A stretch of DNA of 64,000 nt. It comes from Octopus sinensis (taxonomy: Eukaryota). Numbering within the stretch: the stretch's first letter is position 1; each line of letters opens with the position of its first letter. The stretch covers positions 12,710,001 to 12,774,000 of the forward strand of contig NC_043003.1 of assembly GCF_006345805.1 (NCBI RefSeq), in the 5' to 3' direction. The position numbers were made by a program, and so were the translations under genes. A model generated the notes under the pieces. That model saw only the letters and a list, made by a program, of their open reading frames with translations, searched no databases and had not been told where the DNA came from. Below are positions 12,841 through 25,419 of this stretch, in pieces.

Positions 12841-13193
12841 GTGGAGGCGCAATGGTCCAGTGGTTAGGGCAGCGGACTCGCGGTCATAGGATCGCGGTTT
12901 CGATTCCCAGACCGGGCGTTGTGAGTGTTTATTGAGCGAAAGCACCTAAAGCTCCACGCGGCTCCGGCAGGAGGTGGTGGCGATCCCTGCTGTACTCTTT
13001 CACCACAACTTTCTCTCACTCTTACTTCCTGTTTCTGATGTATCTGTATGTCACTCTCTGTGTCACGCTGAATATCCCCGAAATATTCTGTGGAGTGCTC
13101 AGCCACTTACACGTTAATTTCACGAGCAGGCTGTTCCGTTGATCGGATCAACCGGAACCCTCGTCGTCGTTACCGACGGAGTGCTTCCATTCC
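12841..13193 (+). mobile_element. tRNA-derived SINE family B (tail type 1) with 12-bp TSD
   Basis: A box TGGTCCAGTGG, B box TTCGATTCC; TSD AAAGATCCGTGT at 12829-12840 and 13194-13205. Confidence 0.9.
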
Positions 13194-13671
13194 AAAGATC
13201 CGTGTAAGGGACCGTGCGATGTGAAGTGATGATAATGGCACTTTAGTACCACTTCACACAGAGAATAAGAGAAAATTGAAGAGAACCAATAAATGCCAGA
13301 TGGAAAAAGACGACCGTACAAGAATGATTAAGAGAACATGTATTGAGATGTTAACATGTGTTTCTGTGTGTGCATCGTGTATACAGAATAATAGACAGAC
13401 CGTCCTGAGAACAAAGTGTATGTGTGTGTGTAAGCACTCCATGCTGCATCTCCGTGCAAAACATTGTGCAGCACGGAGTTTTGTCAGTGAACAGTTCACG
13501 GTCTCAAAGCCACGAAAATATTTTGACAAATTAAATGTTGAATGTTGAAGTGAATCTAACGGTTTTTGTGTGTTTTTTAAATGGCTTATAAACACCTTCC
13601 ACGCTGCAATTGTTTTCGTTCCAGCACACGATCTCAGATCACGTCACTTGCTATGCAAGTACATCTCCCTG

Positions 13672-13702
<31 letters not shown>

Positions 13703-13714
13703 TTCATATATATA

Positions 13715-13759
<45 letters not shown>

Positions 13760-13823
13760 TATAATATTCAGTCATTCATTTATTTATTTATTTATTTATT
13801 AGTATACGCTATAATCTTTTTAG

Positions 13824-14002
13824 GAACATGGTATATCCTCGTTATACAGCCTCCGATTGGAATTTATCGAATAAAACCGCTTACAACGTATCAGCAAAGG
13901 AGTGTTCAACGGCAGAGAGATTGCGAAGCGATGCTTGGAGAACGGTCAAGGATATTGATGTTCGCACCAGAAACAGACAGAAAGACGCTACAAGGAAATT
14001 AT
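13824..14002 (+). CDS. TEKT3: Tektin-3/5-like, first visible exon (ATG at 13828; an upstream exon is likely)
   Basis: ttttag acceptor, gtgagt donor; MVYPRYTASDWNLSN...AERLRSDAWR resembles TEKT3 RYTPDDWYRSN...SEKLRVD. Confidence 0.85.
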
Positions 14003-14354
14003 GTGAGTTGGTTCTTTCATACCAAAATCGGGCAAGAATTTATCTGTTAGGCTAGAATAGCTTCGAATGTATAGATTTTGAATAATTTAGATGAAGTGGG
14101 ACATCAAATCAAGGAAAACTGTTTAAAAGCCTGTATTTTTGTCTTTATTTTTTTCTCTCCTTTTTAATCTTTTTATTTGTATCAGTCATCGACTGCGGCC
14201 ATGCTAGGGCATCGTCTTTAAGAATTTTTTATTCGAACGAGTCCACCCTTGTGCTTATATTTTTAAAAGGCGGGTACTTATTCTAACGGACCCTTTTGCC
14301 GAACTGCTACGTTACGGGGGCGTAAACACGCCAACACCGGTTGTCAAGCAGTGT

Positions 14355-14525
14355 TTCATGGCAAAGAATTCATCAAAGGATTCTTTTTACGTCATCCAAG
14401 GAATTGAAATTTTTACCATTAAGACTATTCTGCAGAGACCTGAATAAGGGAAAATCCGAAGGAGCAATACCTGGTGAATATGGAGGGTGAGGTAACACAT
14501 CCCAGCCGAGCTGCAGGAATTTTTG
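14355..14525 (-). mobile_element. Mariner transposase C-terminal fragment
   Basis: Near-identical to 58399-58568; encodes WDVLPHPPYSP...LFRSLQNSL. Confidence 0.8.
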
Positions 14526-14545
14526 CGTGTCATTTCATAAACACA

Positions 14546-14581
<36 letters not shown>

Positions 14582-15024
14582 TGTGACTGGTCTTCCATCG
14601 ATTACGACGATGAGGGTTCCAGTTGATCCGATCAATAGAACAGCCTGCTCATGAAATCAAAGTGCAAGTGGCTGGGTATTCCACGTAGTTCTCAGAGAGA
14701 TTCGACGTAACACAGAATGTGACAGAGCTGGCCCTTCCAATTATAGGCACAATTCACAGGGGCCAGTTGAATGGACTCGAGCAACGTGAAATAAAGCGCG
14801 CTACCTGGAATCGATCTCATGACCTTACGATCGTGGACTGAATATACTAACTGCAAAGCCATGTGCCTTCACTAGAATGTGACTAAAAGCAAATGAAAAC
14901 CCTTTTCTGCTGCATAAGAATTTTGATATTGAATCATCTGTCAAAAATCATCTCGTTTTTTGTTTTGTTTTGTGTTGTTGTTTTTTTCCTTTTGCTTCCA
15001 GTTAATAAAAATTTGGGTCTAGAT

Positions 15025-15820
15025 CAAAGGTTCTCAACCATTTTTTTTATCCATGGACCCCTTTGATTTCTATTTTATTCAGTTGGACCCCCATATTTCT
15101 ATTTTATTCAGTTGGACCCCCATATCAAGGGTTCTCAACCATTTTTTTATCTATGGACCCCTTTGATTTCTATTTTATTCAGTTGGACCCCCATAGCCAA
15201 GATCAAGGGTTCTCAACCATTTTTTTTTATCATGGACCCCTTTGATTTCTATTTTATTCAGTTGGAACCCCATATCCAGATCAAGGGTTCTCAACCATTT
15301 TTTTATTATGGACCCCTTTGATTTTATTTTATTCAGTTGGACCCCCATAGCCAAGATCAAGGGTTCTCAACCATTTTTTTTTATCTATGGACCCCTTTGA
15401 TTTCTATTTTATTCAGTTGGACCCCCATATCCAAGATCAAGGGTTCTCAACCATTTTTTTATCTATGGACCCCTTTGATTTCTATTTTATTCAGTTGGAC
15501 CCCCATAGCCAAGATCAAGGGTTCTCAACCATTTTTTTATCTATGGACCCCTTTGATTTCTATTTTATTCAGTTGGACCCCCATAGCCAAGATCAAGGGT
15601 TCTCAACCATTTTTTTTTATCCATGGACCCCTTTGATTTCTATTTTATTCAGTTGGACCCCCATATCCAAGATCAAGGGTTCTCAACCATTTTTTTATCT
15701 ATGGACCCCTTTGATTTCTATTTTATTCAGTTGGACCCCCATAGCCAAGATCAAGGGTTCTCAACCATTTTTTTTTATCTATGGACCCCTTTGATTACTA
15801 TTTTGTTCAGGTGGACCCTA
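15025..15820 (+). repeat. Minisatellite, 10 copies of a ~78-80-bp unit
   Basis: Unit starts CAAGGGTTCTCAACC at about 15025, 15126, 15204, 15282, 15358, 15438, 15516, 15594, 15674 and 15752. Confidence 0.95.
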
Positions 15821-15952
15821 ATTTTCGAGAAACTTCTTTCAAAATTCCTATTTTGTTTTTCACACATTAACTTGTGTAGGTTGAAATATGTAAAATGTTA
15901 GACGAAAAATAATAGCAAATTTTTTTCATTTTTTTTTGCAATACATACAAGT

Positions 15953-16256
15953 TTGTTTGTTCCTTCTCGAGCCATGCCTGGCTCATAAGGGCCGGTTTCC
16001 CGGTTTCCTTGGCGTATAGGTTCCCCACCTGGACGGGACGCCGGTCCGTCGCAGGTGAGCTGCAAGATGCAGGAGGAAAGAGTGAGAGAAAGTTGTGGCG
16101 AAAGAGTCAGCAGAAGTTTGCCATTACCTTCTGCCGGAGCAGCGTGGAGCTTAGGAGTTCCGCTCATAAAAACACACATCGCCCGGTCTGAGATTCGAAC
16201 CCGCGATCCCTCGATCGCGAATCCGCTGCTCTAACCACTAGGCCATGTGCCTCCAC
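15953..16256 (-). mobile_element. tRNA-derived SINE family B (tail type 3) with 13-bp TSD
   Basis: Minus-strand head GTGGAGGCACATGGCCTAGTGGTTAG...GGTTCGAATC; TSD AATACATACAAGT at 15940-15952 and 16257-16269. Confidence 0.9.
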
Positions 16257-16424
16257 AATACATACAAGTACATACATGTAAATTTTTTCAGAGTCCCTTA
16301 AAATACTATAGTTTCCCTAATTTACTATCTTGTTGCGTTGACCCCCAAAAATGTTATATGGACCCCAGTTGGGAACCCCTGGTTTCTTCTTCCTCTTAAA
16401 GTCTGTATTGATATTTTTTAATAG

Positions 16425-16510
16425 TTGAACGTGTGGCTGATATTTCCTTAATGAGAGAGGAACTTTCTGACGAGATTAATCACATGCATATGGAGATCGA
16501 CAATTTGAAG
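16425..16510 (+). CDS. TEKT3: Tektin-3/5-like exon
   Basis: aatag/gtaacc boundaries; phase 1 to 0; FERVADISLMREELSDEINHMHMEIDNLK. Confidence 0.85.
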
Positions 16511-16644
16511 GTAACCGATTTGAAGATAAACGATTTGTGTCAGTTAATAAAAATGCCATGACCGTTTTTGCATGGCTTTCTGTGAGACCCTCGTCCGTGT
16601 GTGTGTATGTGGAAGAGAGAGCGAGAGAGAGAGAGAGAGAAGAG

Positions 16645-16680
<36 letters not shown>

Positions 16681-16849
16681 GGAGGAGGAGGAGAGAAATA
16701 GAGACTGTGTGTGTGTGTGTGAAAGAGAACGAGAGAAAGAGAGAGAGAATAGGAAAGAATGTGAAAGGGGGAAAGAGAAAGAGAGAAAGTGTGCATGTGT
16801 GTGTGCGTGCGTGTGTGTGTGTGTTGAAAAAGATAGAGAAAAATAGATT

Positions 16850-16880
<31 letters not shown>

Positions 16881-17079
16881 TGGTGTGTGTGTGTGTGTGC
16901 GTGTGTGTGTGTGTGTGTGCGTGTGTGTGTGTGTGTCTGTTGAAAAAGATAAAGAAAAATAGAATGAGAGAAAGAGAGAGAGAGAGAGAGAGAGTATGTG
17001 TGTGTGTGTGTGCGCATGTGTGTGTGTGTGCGTGTGTCTGTGTGTGTGTGTGTGTGTTGAAAAAGATAGAGAAAAATAG

Positions 17080-17412
<333 letters not shown>

Positions 17413-17769
17413 TAATGTGTGAGTGTGAGGGGCGCGGGGGCGGTTCTTGAATTTTAGGACTCATAAACCGGCTACCCGGTTTCTATGGCGTATAAGCGGC
17501 TGAGATCACAACATTCGCTCTCTCAACAGGGTGCCAGTTTGTTGCAGGTTTTAAGGCCAGTAATTTTGAGGGAGTAGAGGCACATGGCCTAGTGGTTAGG
17601 ATTAGGATTAAAGTCAGGGTTAGGGTGGATATAAGGTATTTGGTAGATATAGCGAAAGAAATGGTATGTTGGACAAGGATTGGACGGTTGCGTATTGAGC
17701 AGTCTTTGTCTGACCCAGACCAGACCAATTTCTTTAAGCAGCGCTTGAATCAAAAGACTAAGTGGAGAC

Positions 17770-17805
<36 letters not shown>

Positions 17806-17816
17806 GCAGAAGTACC

Positions 17817-18226
17817 TATTTCTTTATTATCCACAAGGGGCTAAACACAGAGCGGACAAACAAAGACAGACATAGGTATTAAGTCGATTACATCGACCCC
17901 AGTGCGTAACTGGTACTTAATTTATCGACTCCGAAAGGATGAAAGGCAAAGTCGACCTCGGCGGAATTTGAACTCACAACGTAACGCAGACGAAATACCT
18001 ATTTCTTTATTACCCACAAGGGGCTAAACACAGAGGGGACAAACAAGGACAGACATAGGTATTAAGTCGATTACATAGACCCCAGTGCGTAACTGGTACT
18101 TAATTTATCGACCCCGAAAGGATGAGAGGCAAAGTCGACCTCGGCGGAATTTGAACTCACAACGTAACGCAGACGAAATACCCCTAAGCATTTCGCCCGG
18201 CGTGCTAACGTTTCTGCCAGCTCGCC
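17817..18226 (-). mobile_element. SINE family C with internally duplicated ~180-bp module
   Basis: Two copies of the GCCTTTCATCCTTTCGGGGTCGATAAATTAAGTACCAG module; candidate TSD GAAGTACC at 17809 and 18227. Confidence 0.8.
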
Positions 18227-18467
18227 GAAGTACCGCTCTTCGGCATGTCTGAAGAAAGAGGGTGCGTAAGCGTGCCGAAAATGGTTTACATAAAAGGACC
18301 ATGCTTTTGGTTATGCCTGGATTTTTAAATTGAAAAAGGATACGTGACGAGAGCAGAGAATGGCAAGAATCTTGGATGTAGCTTTTCCCTTTCTTTCGTT
18401 GTATATAATATTTTAATTGAATGTTTATTATAAGGTGATATACAAGCTTTGTGTGTACATATAGATT

Positions 18468-18816
18468 GTGGAGGCGCAATGGTCCAGTGGTTAGGGCAGC
18501 GGATTCACGTTCGTATGATCGCGGTTTCGATTCCCAGACTGGGCGTTGTGAGTGTTTATTGAGCGAAAACACCTAAAGCTCCACGAGGCTCCGGCAGGGG
18601 ATGGTGGTGATCCCTGCTGTACTCTTTCACCATAACTTTCTCTCACTCTTGCTTCCTGTTTCTATTGTACCTGTATTTCAAAGGACCGCTGAATATCCCC
18701 GAGAACTGCGATAAGGATACACGTGTCTGTGGAGTGCTCAGCCACTTACACGTTAATTTCACGAGCAGGCTGTTCCGTTGATTCGGATCAACCGGAACCC
18801 TCGTCGTCGTAACCGA
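18468..18816 (+). mobile_element. tRNA-derived SINE family B (tail type 1)
   Basis: Close match to 12841-13193. Confidence 0.85.
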
Positions 18817-18818
18817 TT

Positions 18819-18884
<66 letters not shown>

Positions 18885-18904
18885 AAAGTATATATATAAA
18901 AGTC

Positions 18905-19422
18905 GTGAGATTAGGAAGCTTACGTAGCAATCATGCCGTTTCAAGTTCAGTCCCACTGCCTGGTACCTAGGGCGGGTGTCTTCCACAATAGCTCTGGCCA
19001 ACTACTGGAGATGGAAACTGTGTGGAAGCCTGTCGTGTGTGTATGTGTTTGTTTATTCTCGCCACCCCCACCCATTTACCGCTTGCCAACTGTTGTTGGC
19101 TTGCTTACGTCCCACTAACTTAGCAATTCGACAAAAGAGAACCGATAGAATGAGTACCAGGCATTATATATATATATATATACATCACGTGATCACGTGA
19201 CCGACCAGGCCATCAGATGTTGCTACACATCGCTGGTCACAATGCGCTTCGCATTGTTTTAGCCTTCAATGACGCCACCCCCGCTGGCTAAGCGAGCAGG
19301 CCAATATATATATATATATATATATATAAAGAAAAGTACTGTGGTTGAATCTGTTCGGCTAAAACCCTTCAGAGCGGTGCCCCAGCATGGCCGCGGACCA
19401 ATGACAGAAACAAATAAAAGAT
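18905..19422 (+). mobile_element. SINE family A with nested family-B tail-type-2 fragment (19184-19303, minus) inside (TA)n
   Basis: Similarity to 4985-5389 and to the reverse complement of 25805-25927. Confidence 0.7.
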
Positions 19423-19506
19423 AGTGATAGAGCAAAAATGTGATAAGATATCCTTTCTTCTTTCTCTCTACCTGACTATTACAGTTTATTTGATGTTGTA
19501 TTCCAG

Positions 19507-19577
19507 GAAGTCGAAATCATCAACAGATCGGCCGATAAAATGCGCCAAACCATTTCAGCAGCGAACGCACAATTAAA
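19507..19577 (+). CDS. TEKT3: Tektin-3/5-like exon
   Basis: ttccag/gtaagc; EVEIINRSADKMRQTISAANAQLK; phase 0 to 2. Confidence 0.9.
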
Positions 19578-19749
19578 GTAAGCTGCCATATATATTTTTT
19601 TTTCTGTTAAGATTGCTTTTTAAAAACGAGTATACAGGTATACAGGGTGAATTAGAAGATCCTTGATATGAAATTTCTAATTTTCATTTTGTTATAATTT
19701 ATTTTGTTGCTGAGAATATCTGTCGATATATTTTGTAAGTATGTATGTA

Positions 19750-20355
19750 AATCACTTTTGAGTGCTACTGGTAACATGTAACCCAGTACAACCTGTTGCA
19801 TGGTCGGGTCGTCGGCGACTAAACTGGCAACCTCACCAAGCTTGCTTGGTGAGGAGGGTGTTTATTGGACACCCTGCGGGATGAAAAACAAAACCCGTCA
19901 AAGGGCGGAGGAACTCTTGAGAGTCAACGGCCATCCAATAAATGTCTTAAGGCTGGATCGTGCGCGGGGACATAGAAATAATCGGACTGAATACCCGATC
20001 GCGCGGTTAAACCATTGGGAGTGAAGGACTCCTAGCCTTTGTTAGGGCATCCGTCTAGGAGAAGGTAACTCAGGTTACTGGGATAACTCCGACATAAAAC
20101 CTGCGGCTCAGTGGTTACCGATGATGTTGACTTGTTCTTCTTTTCGGATTATGGCTGCTGTTGCTTAGTGAGTGGGATTGACTCAGTGCACAGCCTTTCC
20201 CCACTTAAAAAAAATCTTCTTGCACAGGCATTGCACGATAACAACATTGATTAAGCTTCGTGCAGTGGCCATACTCGATAACGAGGGGGCAACCATGTAT
20301 GTATGTATGTATGTATGTATGTATGTATGTATGTATGTATGTATGTATGTATGTA

Positions 20356-20386
<31 letters not shown>

Positions 20387-20620
20387 ATGAATGTATGTAT
20401 GTATGTGTGTATGTATGTATGTATGTATGTATGTGTGTGTATGTATGTATGTATGTATGTATGTATGTATGAATGTATGTATGTATGTATGAATGTATGT
20501 ATGTATGTCTGTGTATGTATGTATGTAAGTATGTATATATGTGTGTATGTATGTATGTATGTATGTATGTATGTATGTATGTATGTATGTGTGTGTATAT
20601 ATGTATGTATGTATGTATGT
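19750..20620 (+). mobile_element. Non-coding retroposon, probably RTE-derived, with long (TATG)n tail
   Basis: GC-richer structured body containing GGGCATCCGTCTAGGAGAAGGTAACTC (resembles RTE 5'UTRs, from recall), ending in a TATG microsatellite. Confidence 0.5.
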
Positions 20621-21032
20621 CATTGTTCAGTTTTATTTCAAGATTTCCTACCAATAGAGAAAGAGCTGATTTCTAACCTACATTCAAAGTTCCTTCATTG
20701 GAATTTCAACATCAACAACAGGGTATGGATGGATGGATGGATGGATGGATGGATGGATGGATGGCTGTGTGTTGCTGGACTCTCCATTCGTCGAGTGAAG
20801 AGAGTGTCCATATATCAACAAGCGAAGCTATGAGTAGGGAAACGTAGACATGGAGGAATGCGTAGAATTATTTTCCTTAAGTTCGTTTATAGCGAGGAGT
20901 GAAAATCTAACGATTCGGGTTTTTACCTTTCATCAACGTGAGCAGGAGAGTGTAAGTGATGTCGCTATTGTTGTAGGCAGTGATATTTGTGTATGTGGTT
21001 GTGTGTGTATGTGTGTGTATGTGTGTGTGCAC

Positions 21033-21072
<40 letters not shown>

Positions 21073-21145
21073 ACGCATGTGTATGATATTATATTTCATA
21101 AATTCGTTTCAAACTGTTTTATTTCGTTCTTTTGCTGGGGATTAG

Positions 21146-21289
21146 GATGAACCGTGCTGCTCTACATTCTCTTGATATCGATATGAAAGATAAAGAGCAT
21201 GCGCAGAGCATTGATGACCGAATGCATCATTTAAGAAACTCATCGGCCGGTATCGGTTACTACCCAGGAATTGAACACGCCTCTAACAC
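21146..21289 (+). CDS. TEKT3: Tektin-3/5-like exon
   Basis: attag/gtaagg; MNRAALHSLDIDMKDKEHAQSIDDRMHHLRNSSAGIGYYPGIE resembles TEKT3 NRASQHELEKDLSDK...HHLRNTSDGVGYF. Confidence 0.93.
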
Positions 21290-21349
21290 GTAAGGAATAA
21301 ACAGTTTTTCTCTCTTTTTAAGTTTTCGCATCATAATGCTCTTCCTTCC

Positions 21350-21404
<55 letters not shown>

Positions 21405-21549
21405 TACAGATTTATTTTACATATATTTTCTTTAACTTTACGAAAGACAAATCATCGACTTACTTTTCAATCTCCTTCCTAATGTTTTCTCCTTCATTTT
21501 TCTTCTTCTTTTTTCTTTTCTTCTCTCTTCTTATTTTCTTCGCTCTTTA

Positions 21550-21811
21550 CCTTTTGCTTGTTTCAATCATTGGACTGCGACCAAGCTGGGGGGGGGGGGG
21601 GCTCGAAGGCTTTAGTTGAAAAAAAAATCGACCCCCATCTCCGCACTTATTTTTAACGTTTGGTACTTATTCGATCGGTTCTTTTAGTGAACAACTAAGT
21701 TACAGAAACGTAAACAAACCAACATCGGATGTCAAGCGACGGTGTAGAGACAAGCACAAACTCAAATACACACACATACACACACATACATACATACATA
21801 CATACATACAT

Positions 21812-21851
<40 letters not shown>

Positions 21852-22105
21852 ACATATACATACATACATACATACATACATACATACATACATGCATACA
21901 TACATACATACACGTACATACACACTCACACACACACATATACACAAAGGCTTCCACACAGTTTCCGGCCACCAAATTCACCCACAAGGCAGTGTTCTGC
22001 TCAGTGCTAAAGAAGAAGACACTTGGCCAAGGAGCTGCACAGGAGAATTGAACCCGAAACAACGCGGTTGCAAAACGATCTTCTTAACCACAAAGCCATG
22101 CCTGC
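21550..22105 (-). mobile_element. SINE family A with internal (CATA)n
   Basis: Reverse-complement similarity to 4985-5389. Confidence 0.65.
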
Positions 22106-22247
22106 ACTTTTTCTCTTTCTTTTCTTCTTTTTCCCTTCTTCGTCTTCTGCCTCTTTTCTTTCCTTCTGCTTAATTCCACTCGAGCCCAGGGCCACTATTT
22201 CCAATGCTGTTTTAAAGCTCCAACTTCAAACGTGTGTTCTTCCGCAG

Positions 22248-22470
22248 CATGAGTATCCCAGACTCGTGGACTCGCTTTACGCAACATAACCTACTCCGTT
22301 CCCAGAAAGAACGTGCAAATTCTGAGCGGCTGCGAGGAGAAATCGATGCATGTCTGCGACAATGTGCCAACGCCATGTGGTGCCAATTTAACACCGTCAA
22401 CAATTCTTTCAACGCTCGTATTCGCGAAACTACAGACACACGTAACAAAATGCAAGCTCATCTTCAAAAG
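22248..22470 (+). CDS. TEKT3: Tektin-3/5-like exon
   Basis: ccgcag/gtaagt; SIPDSWTRFTQHNLLRSQKERANSERLR...MWCQFNTVN...RIRETTDTRNKMQAHLQK. Confidence 0.95.
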
Positions 22471-22504
22471 GTAAGTTAATCACTTTACATTAAAGAAAAT
22501 TTTA

Positions 22505-23120
22505 AGGCGGCTTGCTTAACGGTGTTTCGTCTACCGCTAGGTTCTGAGTTCAAATTCTACCGAGGTCGACTTTGCCTTTCATCATTTCGGGGTCGATTAA
22601 ATAAGCACCAGTTACACCCTGGGGTCGATGTAATCGACTTAATCCGTTTGTCTGTCCTTGTTTGTCCTCTCTGTGTTTAGCCCCTTGTGAGTAGTAAAGA
22701 AATATGTATTTCTGCCGCTACAGGGCGGCGAGCTGGCAGAAACGTTAGCGCGCCGGGCGAAATGCGTAGCCGTATTTCGTCTGCCGCTACGTTCTAAGTT
22801 CAAATTCCGCCGAGGTCGACTTTGCGTTCCATCCTTTCGGGGTCGATTAAATAAGTACCAGTTACACCCTGGGGTCGATGTAATCGACTTAATCCGTTTG
22901 TCTGTCCTTGTTTGTCCTCTCTGTGTTTAGCCCCTTGTGGGTAGTAAAGAAATAGGTATTTCGTCTACTGCTACGTTCTGAGTTCAAATTCCGCCGAGGT
23001 CGACTTTGCGTTTCATCCTTTCGTGGTCGATAAATTAAGTACCAGTTGAGTACTGGGGTCGATGCAATCGACTATCCCCCTCCCTCAAATTTCAGTCTTT
23101 GTGCCCTAAAGTAGAAAGGA
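22505..23120 (+). mobile_element. SINE family C multimer
   Basis: Three copies of the GAGTTCAAATTCCGCCGAGGTCGACTTTG...GGGGTCGAT module. Confidence 0.8.
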
Positions 23121-24159
23121 TCAAAGAAAGCTTTAGTAAAGCTTTACATTTTTCCGATTTAATTCTAAATTTAATTTTCAGATTTATGTAATTAGCTCTC
23201 ATTAAATTTATTAAGCTCTGATAACGGCTGTTAAACCAGAAATATGCGTCCACTTGTCTGCAGACAATAATCTTGCTCTTTCCTTTAACGGCAAGCCAAT
23301 CTTGGAGAATTATTGATTCGGAAGATTATTTATCTCCGTAGAAGCGCATGGATTAGTGGTTAGGGTGATGGATTCATGATCGTAAGATTGTGGTTTCGAT
23401 TCCTGGACTGGGTGATGCATTGTTCTTGAGTAAAATACTTCATTTCACAGTGCTGCAGCCCACTCAGCTGGTGAAAATGAGTCGATCTATGATGAAAGGA
23501 AATACTCGTTAGCTTTGCATCACTTACGTTAGTCTGGAGACCTTGAACTCATAGAGCAGGGTACCCAGTTTCCCCATACCTCAAATGAAGTGTTTTGCTC
23601 ATGAATACAACACACCACCTGGCCTGAGAATTGGAACTACGATCTTGCGATTTTGAGAGCAATACATTTACCACTAGGCTGCACGTTTAATTATCAATTA
23701 TAGCCAAGATAAATGTGACAACTCTGAAATTTTAATCAATTAAAATTAAGAACTGAATGTGGAAGATATGGTGGAAAGTGAGTTTGAACTTGGTCAATGT
23801 TGTGCCAATTCCGGACGTTTTGGTTTTATCGGATCTCCTCAGCGACGCATTATTTGACGGTATAATAAAGAGTAAGATGACTTAAGATAAATCGAGATTT
23901 TCCTTCATGAACTAATAACTAAGTAGCTTTAATTATTATTATTATTATTATTATTACCCCCTTTTGACCAGGCTCCCGTGGCTTTTATGGGTTTTTCCAC
24001 GAGAAACCTTTCGATGTGCCTCCCCCTATTAGGAGTTTTTACTTGTTATATTTTCGTTGTTATCTTGCATTTTTACACGGACTTTTCAAACGGACAAAAC
24101 CCTTTTTGTAACTTTCCTCTTGTATTTTGTCCTTACATGTTTTATTTGATTTTTATTAG

Positions 24160-24366
<207 letters not shown>

Positions 24367-24624
24367 TAAGTTAGTTATATGTGTTTGGTTGTGTGGTAAA
24401 GAGGCTCCTTTGCAATCATGTGGCTTTGGGTTCGGTCCCGTTGCGCGGCACTTCGGGAAAAATTTTTCGGCAATAGCCCAGGGCCGACCCCGTGAATGAA
24501 GTGTGGAAGCCCGTCGTGTGTGTGTGTGTGTGAGCGCGTATGACTGTGTTTGTCCCGTTTACCTTTGCTTGACCACTGTCGTTGATTTGTCTATCCTGTA
24601 ATCTTCCTTTTGTGTATATATAAT

Positions 24625-24875
24625 TTATATTAGACTCTCCTTTTTGGCTTTTCCTTGGTGTCGTAACAGATTGAGGGTTCTTCTGGGTGGGTTGTTCGTC
24701 CTCCGGAGAATAGTCGGATGATGGGGCTGCTATCTTGGCGACGAGCCGTGGGTCACCGTTAGTCTAGAACCTCCCCGGCGGTCCGGCCGTTTAAGGTGGC
24801 CTGCCAGGAGCAAAGCTCGAGACGGTAGTACTATTTCGGATCTTAGGAACACGCAACCCCCCTCGTCAAGACCAG
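24625..24875 (-). mobile_element. RTE/Expander-type 5'UTR-derived non-coding fragment
   Basis: Minus strand GAGGGGGGTTGCGTGTTCCTAAGATCC...GCTCCTGGCAGG...CTAGACTAA resembles RTE-clade 5' ends (recall, not searched). Confidence 0.45.
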
Positions 24876-24977
24876 ACCCAAGATGACGCCTCTGGGACCA
24901 CTAACTTGGAATGACCTCCAGCTCCATCAAGCTAGAACATGTCCTATCCTATCTATCTTACCCTTTTTTTTTTTCAG

Positions 24978-25212
24978 TCTTCAACGAGAAGTGACAGAAA
25001 TACGAGAATCAGTTAAAGTTTTACACGACAAGCTACGAAATGCAGAAGCTGCTTTAGCTCGCCTGGTGAAGACAAGGAGTACGCTTGAAAATGACATCAA
25101 TGTGAAAGAAAATAGCCTGCAAGTTGACAGCAAGCTTTGTATGGGTATGCGCAAAAGCTTTCCGATGGAGCCAAACATAGGACCAATATTTCAAATGCCA
25201 CTAGATATTTGA
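24978..25212 (+). CDS. TEKT3: Tektin-3/5-like last coding exon
   Basis: Poly-T cag acceptor; LQREVTEIRES...TLENDINVKENSLQVDSKLCMGMRKSFP...PLDI-TGA. Confidence 0.95.
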
Positions 25213-25419
25213 ATGCTGTTCCTATGTACGAGATATGTCTATAATTTCAAAAACTGTTTTCATGTTTTACAGCGACTTTCTTTTTCAATGAATTGAAAAT
25301 GCAGAATTTAAAAAAAAAATTGCTAGGTCAAGTTTCAAAAACAGGTCTTTTTTTAAAATTATGTATTGAATATTTTCTAAAAATTATCTTATTTTTATCT
25401 CAGAAACTTGGACATTTAA

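Larger units (their letters stand above)
15025..16381. mobile_element. hAT (Charlie-like) non-autonomous element with tandemly amplified left end
   Basis: Left terminus CAAAGGTTCTCAACC preceded by GTCTAGAT; right terminus GTTGGGAACCCCTG; shared GGACCCC subterminal motifs; TSD not preserved on the right. Confidence 0.7.

Noticed and set aside
12841-12920. tRNA gene (also 18468, 23340, 25623, 35290)
   Set aside because: A/B boxes are present but there is no complete cloverleaf; each continues into SINE body sequence
15025-15820. CRISPR-like array
   Set aside because: Units are contiguous with no unique spacers, there are no cas genes, and the context is eukaryotic
17594-17628. Telomere-like TTAGGG repeats
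   Set aside because: Only a few degenerate units inside an intron, probably part of a repeat element
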